Source: Candidatus Moraniibacteriota bacterium (lineage in GTDB: Bacteria; Patescibacteriota; Minisyncoccia; Moranbacterales; GWC2-37-73). Taken from it: a stretch of 42,310 nucleotides of DNA. Position 1 is the stretch's first letter. Every line of letters starts with the position of its first letter. Position numbers and translations under genes: made by a program. Positions 25,842-35,642 of the stretch are shown piece after piece. Where the stretch lies: the NCBI GenBank assembly GCA_038318455.1, contig JBBQCF010000003.1:1-42310 (forward strand), given 5' to 3'. The notes below the pieces were generated by a model that saw only the letters and a list, made by a program, of their open reading frames with translations, made no database searches and was not told the DNA's origin.

Positions 25842-28491
25842 ATTGTATTGGAAGTGAAAGCAGATTAGTAGGTGTTGTTATGTAAGCTAGTTTGTTTGTC
25901 TCATCTACAGCTAGACCAAGGGCGCTTTTGAGTGACTCATTTTGATATTGAGCAAATATACTACCTTCTTTGGTATATTGCACTAAGCGTCCATTTTTGC
26001 TGTCCAGTGCATAAATATATTGATCATCTATAGTGGTGAATATTTTGTCTAAATTTACTGGTGTTGCTGAATTCTCTAGTTTAAAGTCAAGCTGCTTGCC
26101 TTTGAATAATTTCAAAATATTATTGTCTTTTACAGCATAAATGTTTTCATCCATAGTCAGGGCACTCACATTTGCTAAGGATGTTGAATCCTTGTACCAA
26201 TTAGTTTTTTCTCCGAAGCCTCCTTCTGCTCGAGGGTAGCGATATATCTGATTAGCTTTATTATCAAGTATATATAAGTAAGTTAGATATGTTCCTAATA
26301 AATATTCACTTATGTTTGTCGGTAAAGTTATATTGTTATTGATGAATTTGAGTGATGTTGGACTAAATGAAATGACCTTATTTTGGTCTGTGAAAATTAG
26401 TACTAGCGAAAGATCTGACATGTAAGTTGCACTAACCGCATTTCCACTATCGCTCGGCAAAGAGATTTCTTTTTTTGAAGTCAGTATAGTGACAGCATTC
26501 TTGGAAATTGCTACTGCTCCTGCATTAGTGATAAGCGTGCTTATGATGCCAGCATTAGAGAGCGCAATTTGGCTTTTAGTGTCAAGCTGGATATTTTTTT
26601 CATTAGCGAGTGTATTTGCTTGAACTATAGGAGTTGTGACTTGCAAATCTGTTATGGTTGGCTTCTTGGGTTGGTTCAGGAAGTGCACAATGAAAAGTGG
26701 GACAACAAAAACCATGATTAAACCTCCGATAGTATAAAGTTTTTGTTTGTTGGAAAATTTTGAAAATAAGCTGCTAATTTTTCGAAAGTGGGGAGCGATG
26801 CTCAAATGTGATTGTTTTTCAATATCCGTATTTGCCTGATTATTCTTTTTTGCTGAAAATTCGCGTGTTTTATTTTTTGTTTTTTCAAATAAATTTTTTG
26901 ATAATAGCAATAGCTCTTGAGAATATTCTTTGGTAATATTTTTCAATTTTTCAATTTTTGAATCTTCTTTTGTTGTATCTTCGATGACTGTTTTTTCTAT
27001 CATCACGGGAACTATTTCTTCAATAGGTGTTTTGCTTTTCAAGCTCAAATCAATAACGGTGTTGTGTTTTTGTTCCAATTGAGCCAAGCGAAGTTTTTCT
27101 AGAAAACTCAATGCTGAAGTTGGCAATTCTGCTTGCCCTTCTTCGTCCTCAACATCTTCAATCTTTTTCAGTTTCTGCTCTCGTGATTTTTGTGCTTGAT
27201 TTTCTTCTTCAAGTTTTCTTTTCTTTGCAATCTCCGCTTGGAATGTTTTTTCTTGCATCAATGCTATCTTTTGATCTTCTTTTTCTTGCTTGAGGCGAAT
27301 TCTTTGAGATTCTACTTCCAATTGAGTAAGCTCTTGTTGCACTTTTATTTCTTGAAGAATTCTTTCCTCTTCAAGACGCTTTTTTTCCTTGGCATCAAAT
27401 TCAGCTTGTTTTTCTTTTTCAATTCTTCGAAGTTCTTTTTTTCTGTCTAATTGTTTTTTGTATAGGGAAAAGCGCCTGCGAATTTCATTTTTTGTTGCAT
27501 ATGATCCATTGGAAATTTTTTCCTTAACAATATCCCAATATAGGCCAATTTGGGGGTTTGCACTTTCAGGTTCATCGTTAGCTTCTCCTTGGATATAGAT
27601 ATGTCCAGTTTTCTCATCTGTGTATTCTGGGTCATTTTCGTTTATCAATATTGGAGCAGCTAACGCCTCTTGCTCTGCTAGGGTGTTTGTTTTTGATTTT
27701 GAATTGGCAAAGGTTTGTTCACTGAAAGCATTAGCAGCTTGAAGAGATTTTTTGCGTGCTAATGTCTTCACTACTGGTACAGGAACAGGTTCAATCATTT
27801 CGACAACAATAGAAACGATCATTTCTAGTTGATTTGAGAGCGCTGTTTTAAGAAATTGTACGAATTTGTCTCCTTCGAACCGTTGGAAATTTTTGCTTAT
27901 CTCGGTAATTGATAAAATATGAAAAATATCAGCAGATGTTATCATTAGGCGATCATTATTTTCCAGTCTTCCACTAGAAACATTTACGAAAGTTTTGAGT
28001 GGATGTGGTTCAACAATGTCTGATGCTAGCCCCTCACTAATTTCTGAAAGATTCTTACTTCTAAACAGGAATATTTTCGCATCTCCGGAGACACTAAAGT
28101 GAGCATTGTTTTTTTCGAGCACGCAAATCGCAGCGTTTATTTTCCCAAGCCACTCAATGTTTCCATGTTTGGCCAATTCTGATAGGGCTATGTTTACTTT
28201 ATGAAGGGCGCTGTCGAGGCTTTCCGTGACGGGTCTTTTTGGGTTGATGTAATATTCTTTCTTTAGAACAGAAGTTAAAAAATTCACAATATAGGCCGAT
28301 TCTTCTGAAAATTCTTTCACTTCAAAAAAGCCAACAAGTGATCCAAGTGGTTGCTGGTATATATTTTCTGGTTCATATTCAAATAATTCTACATAGGGCT
28401 TCAATGAGGAATTATTTACAACCAAAATGGGGAAAATTTTTTTTTCCAGTTCTTTTATCACATCTTTGTTGTTTAGCGAAGTGCGAGACAT
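25840..28491 (-). CDS. bitopic membrane protein: degenerate PP2C-like N-domain, coiled coil, TM and C-terminal beta-propeller
   Basis: SLDSALHKVN, FSVSGDAKIFLFR, SGRLENNDRLMITS (PP2C-like fold without the usual Asp motifs); E/K-rich coil; TM IGGLIMVFVVPLFIVHFL; LYILD..ANQIYRY and IYALDSKNGRLVQY propeller blades. Start at 28491 or 28506. Confidence 0.65.
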   Translation of the reverse strand: MSRTSLNNKDVIKELEKKIFPILVVNNSSLKPYVELFEYEPENIYQQPLGSLVGFFEVKEFSEESAYIVNFLTSVLKKEYYINPKRPVTESLDSALHKVNIALSELAKHGNIEWLGKINAAICVLEKNNAHFSVSGDAKIFLFRSKNLSEISEGLASDIVEPHPLKTFVNVSSGRLENNDRLMITSADIFHILSITEISKNFQRFEGDKFVQFLKTALSNQLEMIVSIVVEMIEPVPVPVVKTLARKKSLQAANAFSEQTFANSKSKTNTLAEQEALAAPILINENDPEYTDEKTGHIYIQGEANDEPESANPQIGLYWDIVKEKISNGSYATKNEIRRRFSLYKKQLDRKKELRRIEKEKQAEFDAKEKKRLEEERILQEIKVQQELTQLEVESQRIRLKQEKEDQKIALMQEKTFQAEIAKKRKLEEENQAQKSREQKLKKIEDVEDEEGQAELPTSALSFLEKLRLAQLEQKHNTVIDLSLKSKTPIEEIVPVMIEKTVIEDTTKEDSKIEKLKNITKEYSQELLLLSKNLFEKTKNKTREFSAKKNNQANTDIEKQSHLSIAPHFRKISSLFSKFSNKQKLYTIGGLIMVFVVPLFIVHFLNQPKKPTITDLQVTTPIVQANTLANEKNIQLDTKSQIALSNAGIISTLITNAGAVAISKNAVTILTSKKEISLPSDSGNAVSATYMSDLSLVLIFTDQNKVISFSPTSLKFINNNITLPTNISEYLLGTYLTYLYILDNKANQIYRYPRAEGGFGEKTNWYKDSTSLANVSALTMDENIYAVKDNNILKLFKGKQLDFKLENSATPVNLDKIFTTIDDQYIYALDSKNGRLVQYTKEGSIFAQYQNESLKSALGLAVDETNKLAYITTPTNLLSLPIQ

Positions 28492-28508
28492 GAGAATGAT
28501 TCTCATGT
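28488..28508. promoter_or_regulatory. perfect 10-1-10 palindrome, Fur-box-like operator
   Basis: ACATGAGAAT-G-ATTCTCATGT overlapping the start of the 25840-28491 gene. Confidence 0.45.
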
Positions 28509-28684
28509 TTGAAAGAATGAGTCAAATAAAAATAATTTTTATTTTTATTTTTTTCATATTTTCTTGCAAACACGAGTTTTTGTAATACCAGTATTTGGTA
28601 GAAAAAAGCCCTCAAGCATCTTCTTATATAATATAGCAATTTTGATTTTGACGCAATTGAGTTCAAATGCCTGTAACTTTGATG

Positions 28685-28713
28685 TTTACTTTTAAATTTA
28701 ATGGTTGTATAAT
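28685..28713 (+). promoter_or_regulatory. sigma70-type promoter
   Basis: TTTACT-17 bp-TATAAT. Confidence 0.55.
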
Positions 28714-28775
28714 GGCAATATTGCTGCTTTTGGTGGTAGAAAAAATCTTAATTTTCATTAATTGTTGTTAAACGT

Positions 28776-29381
28776 ATGTCTGAAATCCTCGAAGTACTTT
28801 TTGGTTCAAAAGCAAAGACTAGAATCTTGAGATTTTTTTTGCTTAATTCTGATAAAGAATATAATATCCCAGAAATTGCAGGTAAAAATATGTTATCAAC
28901 TGCGGCTGTGCGAAAAGAGATCAATGATCTTAAAAAAATAAAATTTTTAATTGAGAAAGTAAGAAAAGGAGTTAAATATTACACGCTTGATCATGAATTT
29001 TGTTTTCATAGTGAACTTAAGAGTTTATTTGCAAAATCTACTGCCTCTCCTGAAACTGGAAGTTTGTCAAAATTGAAAAATATTGGAGACGTTAAGCTTG
29101 CTTTAGTGAGTGGGATATTTCTTAATTATCCAAAAAGTAAGGTGGACATGGTCTTAGTTGCAAATAATGTTAGTCGCACGAAATTGAAAAGTGTTATGAA
29201 TGGTTTGGAGGCAGAGGTTGGCAAAGAAGTTAGTTTTGTTTTGATGAATAGTGAGGAATTTAAATATCGTTTGGATATGCTAGATCGTTTTCTGCTTGAT
29301 TTTATGGAGGGAACGCATTTGGAACTTATTGATAAAATTCCAGGCTTGAAAAGATTTATCATGGGCAGAAAAAAATATTAG
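28776..29381 (+). CDS. winged-HTH regulator fused to a nucleotidyltransferase-like domain
   Basis: LFGSKAKTRILRFF...VRKEINDLKKIKFL (wHTH); LALVSGIF...VDMVLV...LEAEVGKEVSF (NTase-like fold). Confidence 0.7.
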   Translation: MSEILEVLFGSKAKTRILRFFLLNSDKEYNIPEIAGKNMLSTAAVRKEINDLKKIKFLIEKVRKGVKYYTLDHEFCFHSELKSLFAKSTASPETGSLSKLKNIGDVKLALVSGIFLNYPKSKVDMVLVANNVSRTKLKSVMNGLEAEVGKEVSFVLMNSEEFKYRLDMLDRFLLDFMEGTHLELIDKIPGLKRFIMGRKKY

Positions 29382-29389
29382 CAATTAGA

Positions 29390-29490
29390 AAATCTCAAAT
29401 ATCAATATTAAAATAATAATAAAATCTCAAATTTTAAATCTAAAACTTAAAATTTTTTGTCATTATTTTTTTGGATTTAATTTTTTATTG
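29390..29490. repeat. intergenic AAATYWY heptamer array with a T-rich inverted arm
   Basis: AAATCTC AAATATC AATATTA ... AAATCTC AAATTTT AAATCTA AAACTTA AAATTTT, then a T-rich arm (TTGGATTTAATTTTT). Confidence 0.65.
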
Positions 29491-29505
29491 AAAACAATTT
29501 AAACT

Positions 29506-30600
29506 ATGTATTATCTCATTTTTTTTGTACTTATTATTTTTTTGGCCACCTTGTCGTGGCTTATTTTTGATTTAAAAATGAAAGTTTTAGCTGGATCTGA
29601 TAATAAAGATGAAAAGGAGAGGATAATCTCAATGCAACAATCACTTCGTCATATCATTGAGGAAAATCGTGAATTGCGAAAAGAAATTGACTCAAAATTA
29701 TCCGAAACACACAAAGCATCGCAACAGCAAATCAGTAGCACAATGCAAGCCGTTCATGGCATTACTGGTCAGTCAGCAAAACAAATTGCTGACATGGTTG
29801 CTAGCGTCACAAGGCTCGAAGAAACCAATAAGCAAGTGGTGAATTTTTCAGCTCAACTTCAGAGTTTGCAAGATATTTTGAAAAATACCAAGCAACGTGG
29901 AATCCTGGGGGAATATTTTTTGGAAACAACACTGAAGAATGTTTTGCCACCAGATAATTATAAAATGCAATACAAATTTAAGGATGGAGAGATAGTGGAC
30001 GCAGCTGTTTTTGTGGGAAAAAATATTGTGCCGGTGGATTCGAAATTTTCCCTGGAGAATTATGAAAAAATAATTAATGCCACTACTGAAATTGAAAAAG
30101 AAAAATTCGAAAAGCTTTTCAAACAAGATTTGAAAAATAGAATTGATGAAACGTCTAAATATATTCGTCCAGAAGAGGGGACTATGGAATTTGCCTTTAT
30201 GTTTATTCCTAGTGAAACAATCTATTATGATTTGCTTATGCGATCATCACAGGTGAATTCTGCCGATTTAATAGAATATGCTTTCAATCAAAAACATGTA
30301 ATTATTGTTTCTCCAACAAATTTCTTGGCATATTTGCAAACAGTTCTTCAAGGGCTTAGAGCATTTCAAATTGAGGAAAATGCAAAGGAAATACGCACCA
30401 ATGTTGAAAAATTAGGCAAGCATATCGTGGCATATGAGGAGTATATGAAAAAAATTCATGGAAGCTTGGGAACAACGGTTAATCATTTTAATACTGCATA
30501 TAAGGAATTGGGAAAGATTGATAAAGATGTTTCCAGAATAACTGATCAAGAAAAAGCCATTGAACCATTGGCTCTTGAAAAACCGCAAGATCTTTCTTAG
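29506..30600 (+). CDS. rmuC: DNA recombination protein RmuC
   Basis: N-terminal TM and coiled coil; RGILGE..LE, VDSKFSLENY, KYIRPEEGTMEFAFMFIPSE, IVSPT. Confidence 0.92.
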   Translation: MYYLIFFVLIIFLATLSWLIFDLKMKVLAGSDNKDEKERIISMQQSLRHIIEENRELRKEIDSKLSETHKASQQQISSTMQAVHGITGQSAKQIADMVASVTRLEETNKQVVNFSAQLQSLQDILKNTKQRGILGEYFLETTLKNVLPPDNYKMQYKFKDGEIVDAAVFVGKNIVPVDSKFSLENYEKIINATTEIEKEKFEKLFKQDLKNRIDETSKYIRPEEGTMEFAFMFIPSETIYYDLLMRSSQVNSADLIEYAFNQKHVIIVSPTNFLAYLQTVLQGLRAFQIEENAKEIRTNVEKLGKHIVAYEEYMKKIHGSLGTTVNHFNTAYKELGKIDKDVSRITDQEKAIEPLALEKPQDLS

Positions 30601-30682
30601 AAAATAACATATGTTAGAACATAATAGGAAAAAAATTATATTAAATATCAATAAGTTTCAATCAGAGTTGAAATATATTTAT

Positions 30683-31027
30683 ATGCAGGAATTTTTCCGC
30701 AGTGCTTTGGTGCAATGGGTTATTATTGCTGCTATTTTTGTTAATTTGGCAAATTGGGGTTTTATTGCTTATTTTATTAGGCCTGTTGATTTTCCTATCA
30801 TACTTCATTATAATATATACTTTGGAGTTGATGTGATCGGAGATTGGCGCCAAATATATTTTTTGCCAGCTATTGGCCTGTTGATTTTAAGCGTAAATAC
30901 TGTCTTGGGATACCTATTCTACAAGCAAAAAGAGCGCATTGCAGCGCATTTATTGCTATTGGCAACCTTTATTGTTCAAGTAGGCGTTTCTATTGCGGTG
31001 GCAAGCTTACTTATTATAAATTACTAA
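30683..31027 (+). CDS. small three-TM membrane protein (DUF1648-like)
   Basis: PIILHYNIYFGVD..GDW motif between TM helices; ATG 30683 preferred. Confidence 0.7.
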   Translation: MQEFFRSALVQWVIIAAIFVNLANWGFIAYFIRPVDFPIILHYNIYFGVDVIGDWRQIYFLPAIGLLILSVNTVLGYLFYKQKERIAAHLLLLATFIVQVGVSIAVASLLIINY

Positions 31028-31105
31028 CAATTAACAACTAACAACCAATAATTGATAACAGTCTTGCATTTTGTTATAGGTTATTTGTTGCATATTGTAA
31101 GTTAA
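31025..31105. repeat. inverted pair of heptamer arrays filling an intergenic gap
   Basis: TAACAAT TAACAAC TAACAAC CAATAAT TGATAAC, spacer, then TTGTTAT AGGTTAT TTGTTGC ... AAGTTAA. Confidence 0.75.
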
Positions 31106-31109
31106 TATT

Positions 31110-32795
31110 ATGTTTTATTTTCCTAGTCCCAAAACAACTGATCCAAAACAATGGCGAGCTCAACGAACGATGGAGGTTATTCCTGGTATTTTGACTTGGA
31201 CGACTCTTATTGGTATGGTTGTTTTTTCTTTTATTTTGCCAATTTGGATCGCGGTTTTTATTATCATGTTTGATATTTATTGGATTTATCGAACTATTTT
31301 TATTACTTATTATTCTATTGTAGCCTATAGACGCTTGGAGAATGGCAAGAAGATTGATTGGTGGGAGCGTTGTCAAAACATTATGCATCCTGATGAATAT
31401 GCTAAAGCTATAGCTGAAAAAATAATTCTATTTAAGCAGAGTCTTGGTGAAATTTCAGTACGCAGTGAGAAGCGCAAATTAAAAGGGGAGATATATAGAC
31501 TTGGTGAATATCAAAAAGAAGTAGCTCAAATTGCTCAAGCTGGGAATGAAATTATGGATTGGCGCAAAATTGTCCATGTCGTGCTGCTTCCGACTGCTAA
31601 TGAGCCAGCAGAAATTATTGAGCCTGCTATTCAAGCTGTGATGGATAGTAATTTTCCGAATCAACAAATTGTTATTTTACTGGCAACTGAAGAAAGAGAG
31701 GACGAAAAACAACGTTTGGAAAAAGTGAATTATTTGGAAAATAAATTTAAAGGAGTATTTAAAGATTTTTTAGTGACCACGCATGAAGTCAAATCTCATG
31801 AAATGAAATGCAAAGCCTCAAATGCGACTTATGCAGCCAAGAAATTGATGATTTATTTGGATGAAAGAAATATTGATTATAAGAGAGTTATTTTTTCTAA
31901 TTTCGATTGCGATAGTGTTTGCCATTCTCAATACTTTGCAGCGCTGACACATGCGTATATTACCGATCCTAAGCGCCTACAACGCTCATATCAGCCTCTT
32001 CCTATGTACCACAACAACATTTGGGATACCAATGCTTTCGTGCGTGTAATTGTGACAGGTTCTTCTTTTTGGCACATGTTTCAAAGCACTCGCCTTCAGA
32101 TGGTGACCTTTTCATCTCACAGTGAACCTTTTGACACTTTGGTCAAAGTTAACTTTTGGCCGCTAGACATGATTAGTGAGGACTCAATCATATATTGGAA
32201 ATGCTTCACTTATTATCATGGTGATTATAAGGTTAGACCAATTTATCTGCCTATTTCTTTGGATGCAGTTTTGGCTGAAACATATTGGAAAACTATTAAG
32301 AATCAATACAAGCAAAAAAGACGTTGGGCATATGGAATTGAAAATTTTCCAGTTATCATGCGGGCAATTTGGCCTGACAAAATGATTAAGACTAGCAAAA
32401 AGCTGGGCATAGCCTTTGAAATGCTTGAGGGTCATCATTCATGGGCAACTTCAGCTTTCATTTTGGCATTACTTGGATGGTTGCCATTATTCTTTGGTGG
32501 TTCGCAATTCAATCAGAGCGTGCTAGCGCATAACTTGCCATTCGTGACTCGCTATTTAATGACTATAGCTATGGGTGGACTTATAATTTCGATGTTTTTG
32601 AGTTTTGTGCTTTTGCCTCCACGACCTGCTAAATATGGAAAAAAGCGTTATATCTATATGTTCTTGCAATGGTTCTTGGCACCTGTTATTGCGCCAACAC
32701 TCGGAGCTATCCCTGCAATTGATTCTCAAACACGTATTTTATTTAAGCAATATTTTGGAGAATTCTGGGTGACAGATAAAATTCGCAAAAAATAA
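31110..32795 (+). CDS. membrane glycosyltransferase family 2 (processive-type motifs)
   Basis: LLPTANEP, KASN, FDCDS (DxD), ISED and QKRRWAYG (QxxRW); N- and C-terminal TMs. Confidence 0.88.
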   Translation: MFYFPSPKTTDPKQWRAQRTMEVIPGILTWTTLIGMVVFSFILPIWIAVFIIMFDIYWIYRTIFITYYSIVAYRRLENGKKIDWWERCQNIMHPDEYAKAIAEKIILFKQSLGEISVRSEKRKLKGEIYRLGEYQKEVAQIAQAGNEIMDWRKIVHVVLLPTANEPAEIIEPAIQAVMDSNFPNQQIVILLATEEREDEKQRLEKVNYLENKFKGVFKDFLVTTHEVKSHEMKCKASNATYAAKKLMIYLDERNIDYKRVIFSNFDCDSVCHSQYFAALTHAYITDPKRLQRSYQPLPMYHNNIWDTNAFVRVIVTGSSFWHMFQSTRLQMVTFSSHSEPFDTLVKVNFWPLDMISEDSIIYWKCFTYYHGDYKVRPIYLPISLDAVLAETYWKTIKNQYKQKRRWAYGIENFPVIMRAIWPDKMIKTSKKLGIAFEMLEGHHSWATSAFILALLGWLPLFFGGSQFNQSVLAHNLPFVTRYLMTIAMGGLIISMFLSFVLLPPRPAKYGKKRYIYMFLQWFLAPVIAPTLGAIPAIDSQTRILFKQYFGEFWVTDKIRKK

Positions 32796-32843
32796 AGGAC
32801 AGGAATTGTTGTTTCTTTCAACTTGACTTCATTGGGAAATAAT

Positions 32844-33878
32844 ATGAAATATGAAATTTTTCTCTTGCCATTGATAATTTCTTTTGCAATCACAACATCT
32901 TTTTTGGTGGCATTTATCTTATTTAATAAGAAGAAAATAATTAAAGATGTCCGAGTGTCGCAACGACATATGCACAAGAATGGAATTTCGCGTTTTGGTG
33001 GAGTCGCATTGATATCATCTTTCGTAATTACAATTTTGCTAGATAAAAATTTAGTCATAGGCACACCTCTTATTGGTGTGCTTTTTGCTTCAATAATAAT
33101 CCTAGTCCTTGGAGTAATTGATGATTTGAAGCAATTATCATGGAAAACCCAGTTTATTTTTCAATTAATTACCGTTGTTATTGTTTGTGCGATGGGCGTG
33201 CGGTTGGCATATATAACCAATCCCTTTGGTGGCATACTTAGTTTCACTGGAACTATGGGATATTTTATTAGCTGTATTGTTTCGATTGTCTGGGTTTTAT
33301 TTATCATGAACGCTGTTAACTGGATTGATGGAGATGATGGCATTGCTGGTGGAGTAACAATTATTGGAGCGCTCGCCATGTTTTTCTTGAGCATGAGGCC
33401 AGAAGTTAATCAGCCACCAATGGCTATTATTGCCATGGTTCTTGTTGGTAGTTTGGCTGCCTTTTTATTTTTTAATTTTCATCCAGCCAAAATTATTGCT
33501 GGGACCAGTGGGGCAATTTTTATGGGTTTTATTTTGGCAATTATGGCTATTTTTGCAGGAGCTAAAATAGCAACAACATTATTAATTTTAGCAGTGCCAA
33601 TAATCGATGCGCTCTGGGTTATTATTCAGCGCTTAAAAATGAGAGAATCGATTTTTTCTGCAGATAAAAAACATTTGCATTTTAGATTGAGAGAATTAGG
33701 TTGGTCCTCAAGAAGAATATGTTTTTTTTATTACGCTATTACTGCATTGATTGGATTGATAGCGCTTAATATTGGAGCCCTTGGGAAAGTGATCGCGTTT
33801 ATGTTAATTGTTATAATAATGACTGGCGCTCTTTTTATAATCGATCGTAAGATTTTTTCTTTAGAAAAAAATAAGTAA
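32844..33878 (+). CDS. MraY/WecA/TagO-family undecaprenyl-phosphate sugar-1-phosphate transferase
   Basis: SRFGGVA, GVIDD, MNAVNWIDGDDG, FNFHPAKI, DKKHLHFRL; multi-TM. Confidence 0.92.
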   Translation: MKYEIFLLPLIISFAITTSFLVAFILFNKKKIIKDVRVSQRHMHKNGISRFGGVALISSFVITILLDKNLVIGTPLIGVLFASIIILVLGVIDDLKQLSWKTQFIFQLITVVIVCAMGVRLAYITNPFGGILSFTGTMGYFISCIVSIVWVLFIMNAVNWIDGDDGIAGGVTIIGALAMFFLSMRPEVNQPPMAIIAMVLVGSLAAFLFFNFHPAKIIAGTSGAIFMGFILAIMAIFAGAKIATTLLILAVPIIDALWVIIQRLKMRESIFSADKKHLHFRLRELGWSSRRICFFYYAITALIGLIALNIGALGKVIAFMLIVIIMTGALFIIDRKIFSLEKNK

Positions 33879-33879
33879 A

Positions 33880-34326
33880 ATGTCAAAAGTTAATAAAATT
33901 GGATTATTTTTTATATTTCTCGCAGCTATTTTTATAATTGGCTATATTTTGTTTTATCAACATCCAGCACGTGAAAACAAGGTAATTCCAGTTATTCTTA
34001 ATGGTCATGAGTTGCGCGTGGAAGTTGTGTCCAGTAGTGATGAATTAGAAAAAGGCCTTGGAGAAAGAGCTGATATATGCGCAAACTGCGGAATGCTTTT
34101 TGAATTTCAAGTTCCAGGAAAATATTCTTTTTGGATGAAGGGGATGCAATTTCCTCTTGATATTGTTTGGATTTATCAGAAAAAAATTGTGCATATTGAA
34201 AAAAATATTCCATTTTCTTATAATGGGACGCTTATGCCAGAAGAAAATGCTGATATGGTACTGGAAGTCAACGCTGGAATGCTAGACAAGCTTCAAACAA
34301 AAATAGGGGACATGGTCACTATTTAA
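33880..34326 (+). CDS. DUF192 family protein
   Basis: KGLGER, GMLFEF, FWMKGMQFPLDIVWI, VLEVNAG. Confidence 0.9.
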   Translation: MSKVNKIGLFFIFLAAIFIIGYILFYQHPARENKVIPVILNGHELRVEVVSSSDELEKGLGERADICANCGMLFEFQVPGKYSFWMKGMQFPLDIVWIYQKKIVHIEKNIPFSYNGTLMPEENADMVLEVNAGMLDKLQTKIGDMVTI

Positions 34327-34343
34327 CAAGAAAATAAAAAAAC

Positions 34344-34371
34344 ACAAAACCCCGCAAATGCGGGGTTTTGT
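34344..34371. terminator. bidirectional terminator
   Basis: ACAAAACCCCGCA-AA-TGCGGGGTTTTGT. Confidence 0.85.
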
Positions 34372-34444
34372 TGGGTAAGCTTCTTTTCCGGAAAAGAACA
34401 ATGTCTAGATTTTAATCAAATATTCAATGAGATAACTTTATTTT

Positions 34445-35041
34445 TTACAATGAGGAAACTCGGGCTGAATATTTTTGTAGATTTTTCAATTGTCTCTCAT
34501 TAAGCGTCTTAGATTGTGCGATTGCTTTTTGAACGAGATCTTTTGAGAATTCGACTGTTGTTCCAACGTGCACTCCACCACTATGTCCAACAACCTTTCT
34601 TAGGTAATCTTCAATGTAGATTTTGTGTTCTTTGGTCAGAGACGAGTCTGCATTTTTTTCGAGATAATTTGCAGTTGCTCTGCGAGCAAGAACAGTTAAA
34701 CCGTCACCTTTGCCAGCTGTTTCAACAAATGAAGCTTCAGTCTCCTTACTTGTTGAAGTAGAGGATACCGCTGTTTTAACTTCTTTTGTGTCAGAAACTG
34801 CTGATTTGTCAGTTGTAGTTATATCTTCTGTCTTTGTTTCTTCTGTGTCAGTTTTGTCAGTGGTTTGGCTTTGTTCGTCAGCTACTATTGGAGAATCTGT
34901 TCTTTTTGAATATGAATAAATTCCTCCTGCAATAATAATAACGATTGCCACACTGATAACGATACGAAGATTATCTTGAAACCATCTTTTTACTTGCTCA
35001 TATTTCTCTTCTTCTTGCGCATCTGGTGTGTATTCTTCCAT
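34445..35041 (-). CDS. single-TM surface protein with a T/S/E-rich linker and LysM-like C-domain
   Basis: TM IVISVAIVIIIAGGIY; ETAGKGDGLTVLARRA...VHVGTTVEF; strong SD AAAGGAAGGTG. Confidence 0.75.
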   Translation of the reverse strand: MEEYTPDAQEEEKYEQVKRWFQDNLRIVISVAIVIIIAGGIYSYSKRTDSPIVADEQSQTTDKTDTEETKTEDITTTDKSAVSDTKEVKTAVSSTSTSKETEASFVETAGKGDGLTVLARRATANYLEKNADSSLTKEHKIYIEDYLRKVVGHSGGVHVGTTVEFSKDLVQKAIAQSKTLNERQLKNLQKYSARVSSL

Positions 35042-35103
35042 GTGTATAGCACCTTCCTTTCTAGTTTATCCTTAAAACTATGAGTTTTAAGGTTGAATAA
35101 TTA

Positions 35104-35116
35104 TTTGTCAAAGGGC
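35104..35116 (-). promoter_or_regulatory. boxA-like element in the leader
   Basis: Minus strand CGCCCTTTGACAA lies between the promoter and the SD, flanked by hairpins (35127-35159, 35070-35092). Confidence 0.35.
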
Positions 35117-35190
35117 GCTTTCGTTGAAGCATAGATAATCCCTGGAGTTTTTTATGCTCATTGATTATCAATTCTTCCTTTAGTGTCTTA

Positions 35191-35219
35191 ATTGTATCTT
35201 AGGCTAATTTGAGCGTCAA
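35191..35219 (-). promoter_or_regulatory. sigma70 promoter
   Basis: Minus strand TTGACG-17 bp-TACAAT. Confidence 0.7.
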
Positions 35220-35595
35220 CTAGACAGAATGCTTGTTTTTTGGCGTAATAAAGGGTTTTATTTCTTGAAAATTTGGCACATTTTAATATGCATAATATTT
35301 AAAATAGAAAGAAAATAATTTTATATTGAAATAGTTTATGCTGATTGATTTATTTTTTTAAAAAATAAATCAAGATTAATTTTTATCAAAAGGTGCATAT
35401 TTATTTTTTAGAAATAGCTTAAAAAATAATTTTAAAGTCGATTATTATTTTTTATAAAAATTGTCTGTATATTTTTTATAATATGTAATAAAATTAATAG
35501 ATATATAAATATATTAAATAGCTATAATGTGTAGCAAATAAGCATAGGATATCATTTTTTAGAATTTTGAATTTCTAATTTAAAATTTTGTATAC

Positions 35596-35604
35596 TGTGG
35601 ATAA
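35596..35604 (-). promoter_or_regulatory. single consensus DnaA box
   Basis: TGTGGATAA, the reverse complement of TTATCCACA. Confidence 0.4.
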
Positions 35605-35614
35605 CTTTCTTGCA

Positions 35615-35642
35615 TTGCTTTTTAAAATATATGGACTATAAT
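35615..35642 (+). promoter_or_regulatory. possible promoter of the H1-like gene
   Basis: TTGCTT-16 bp-TATAAT. Confidence 0.4.
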
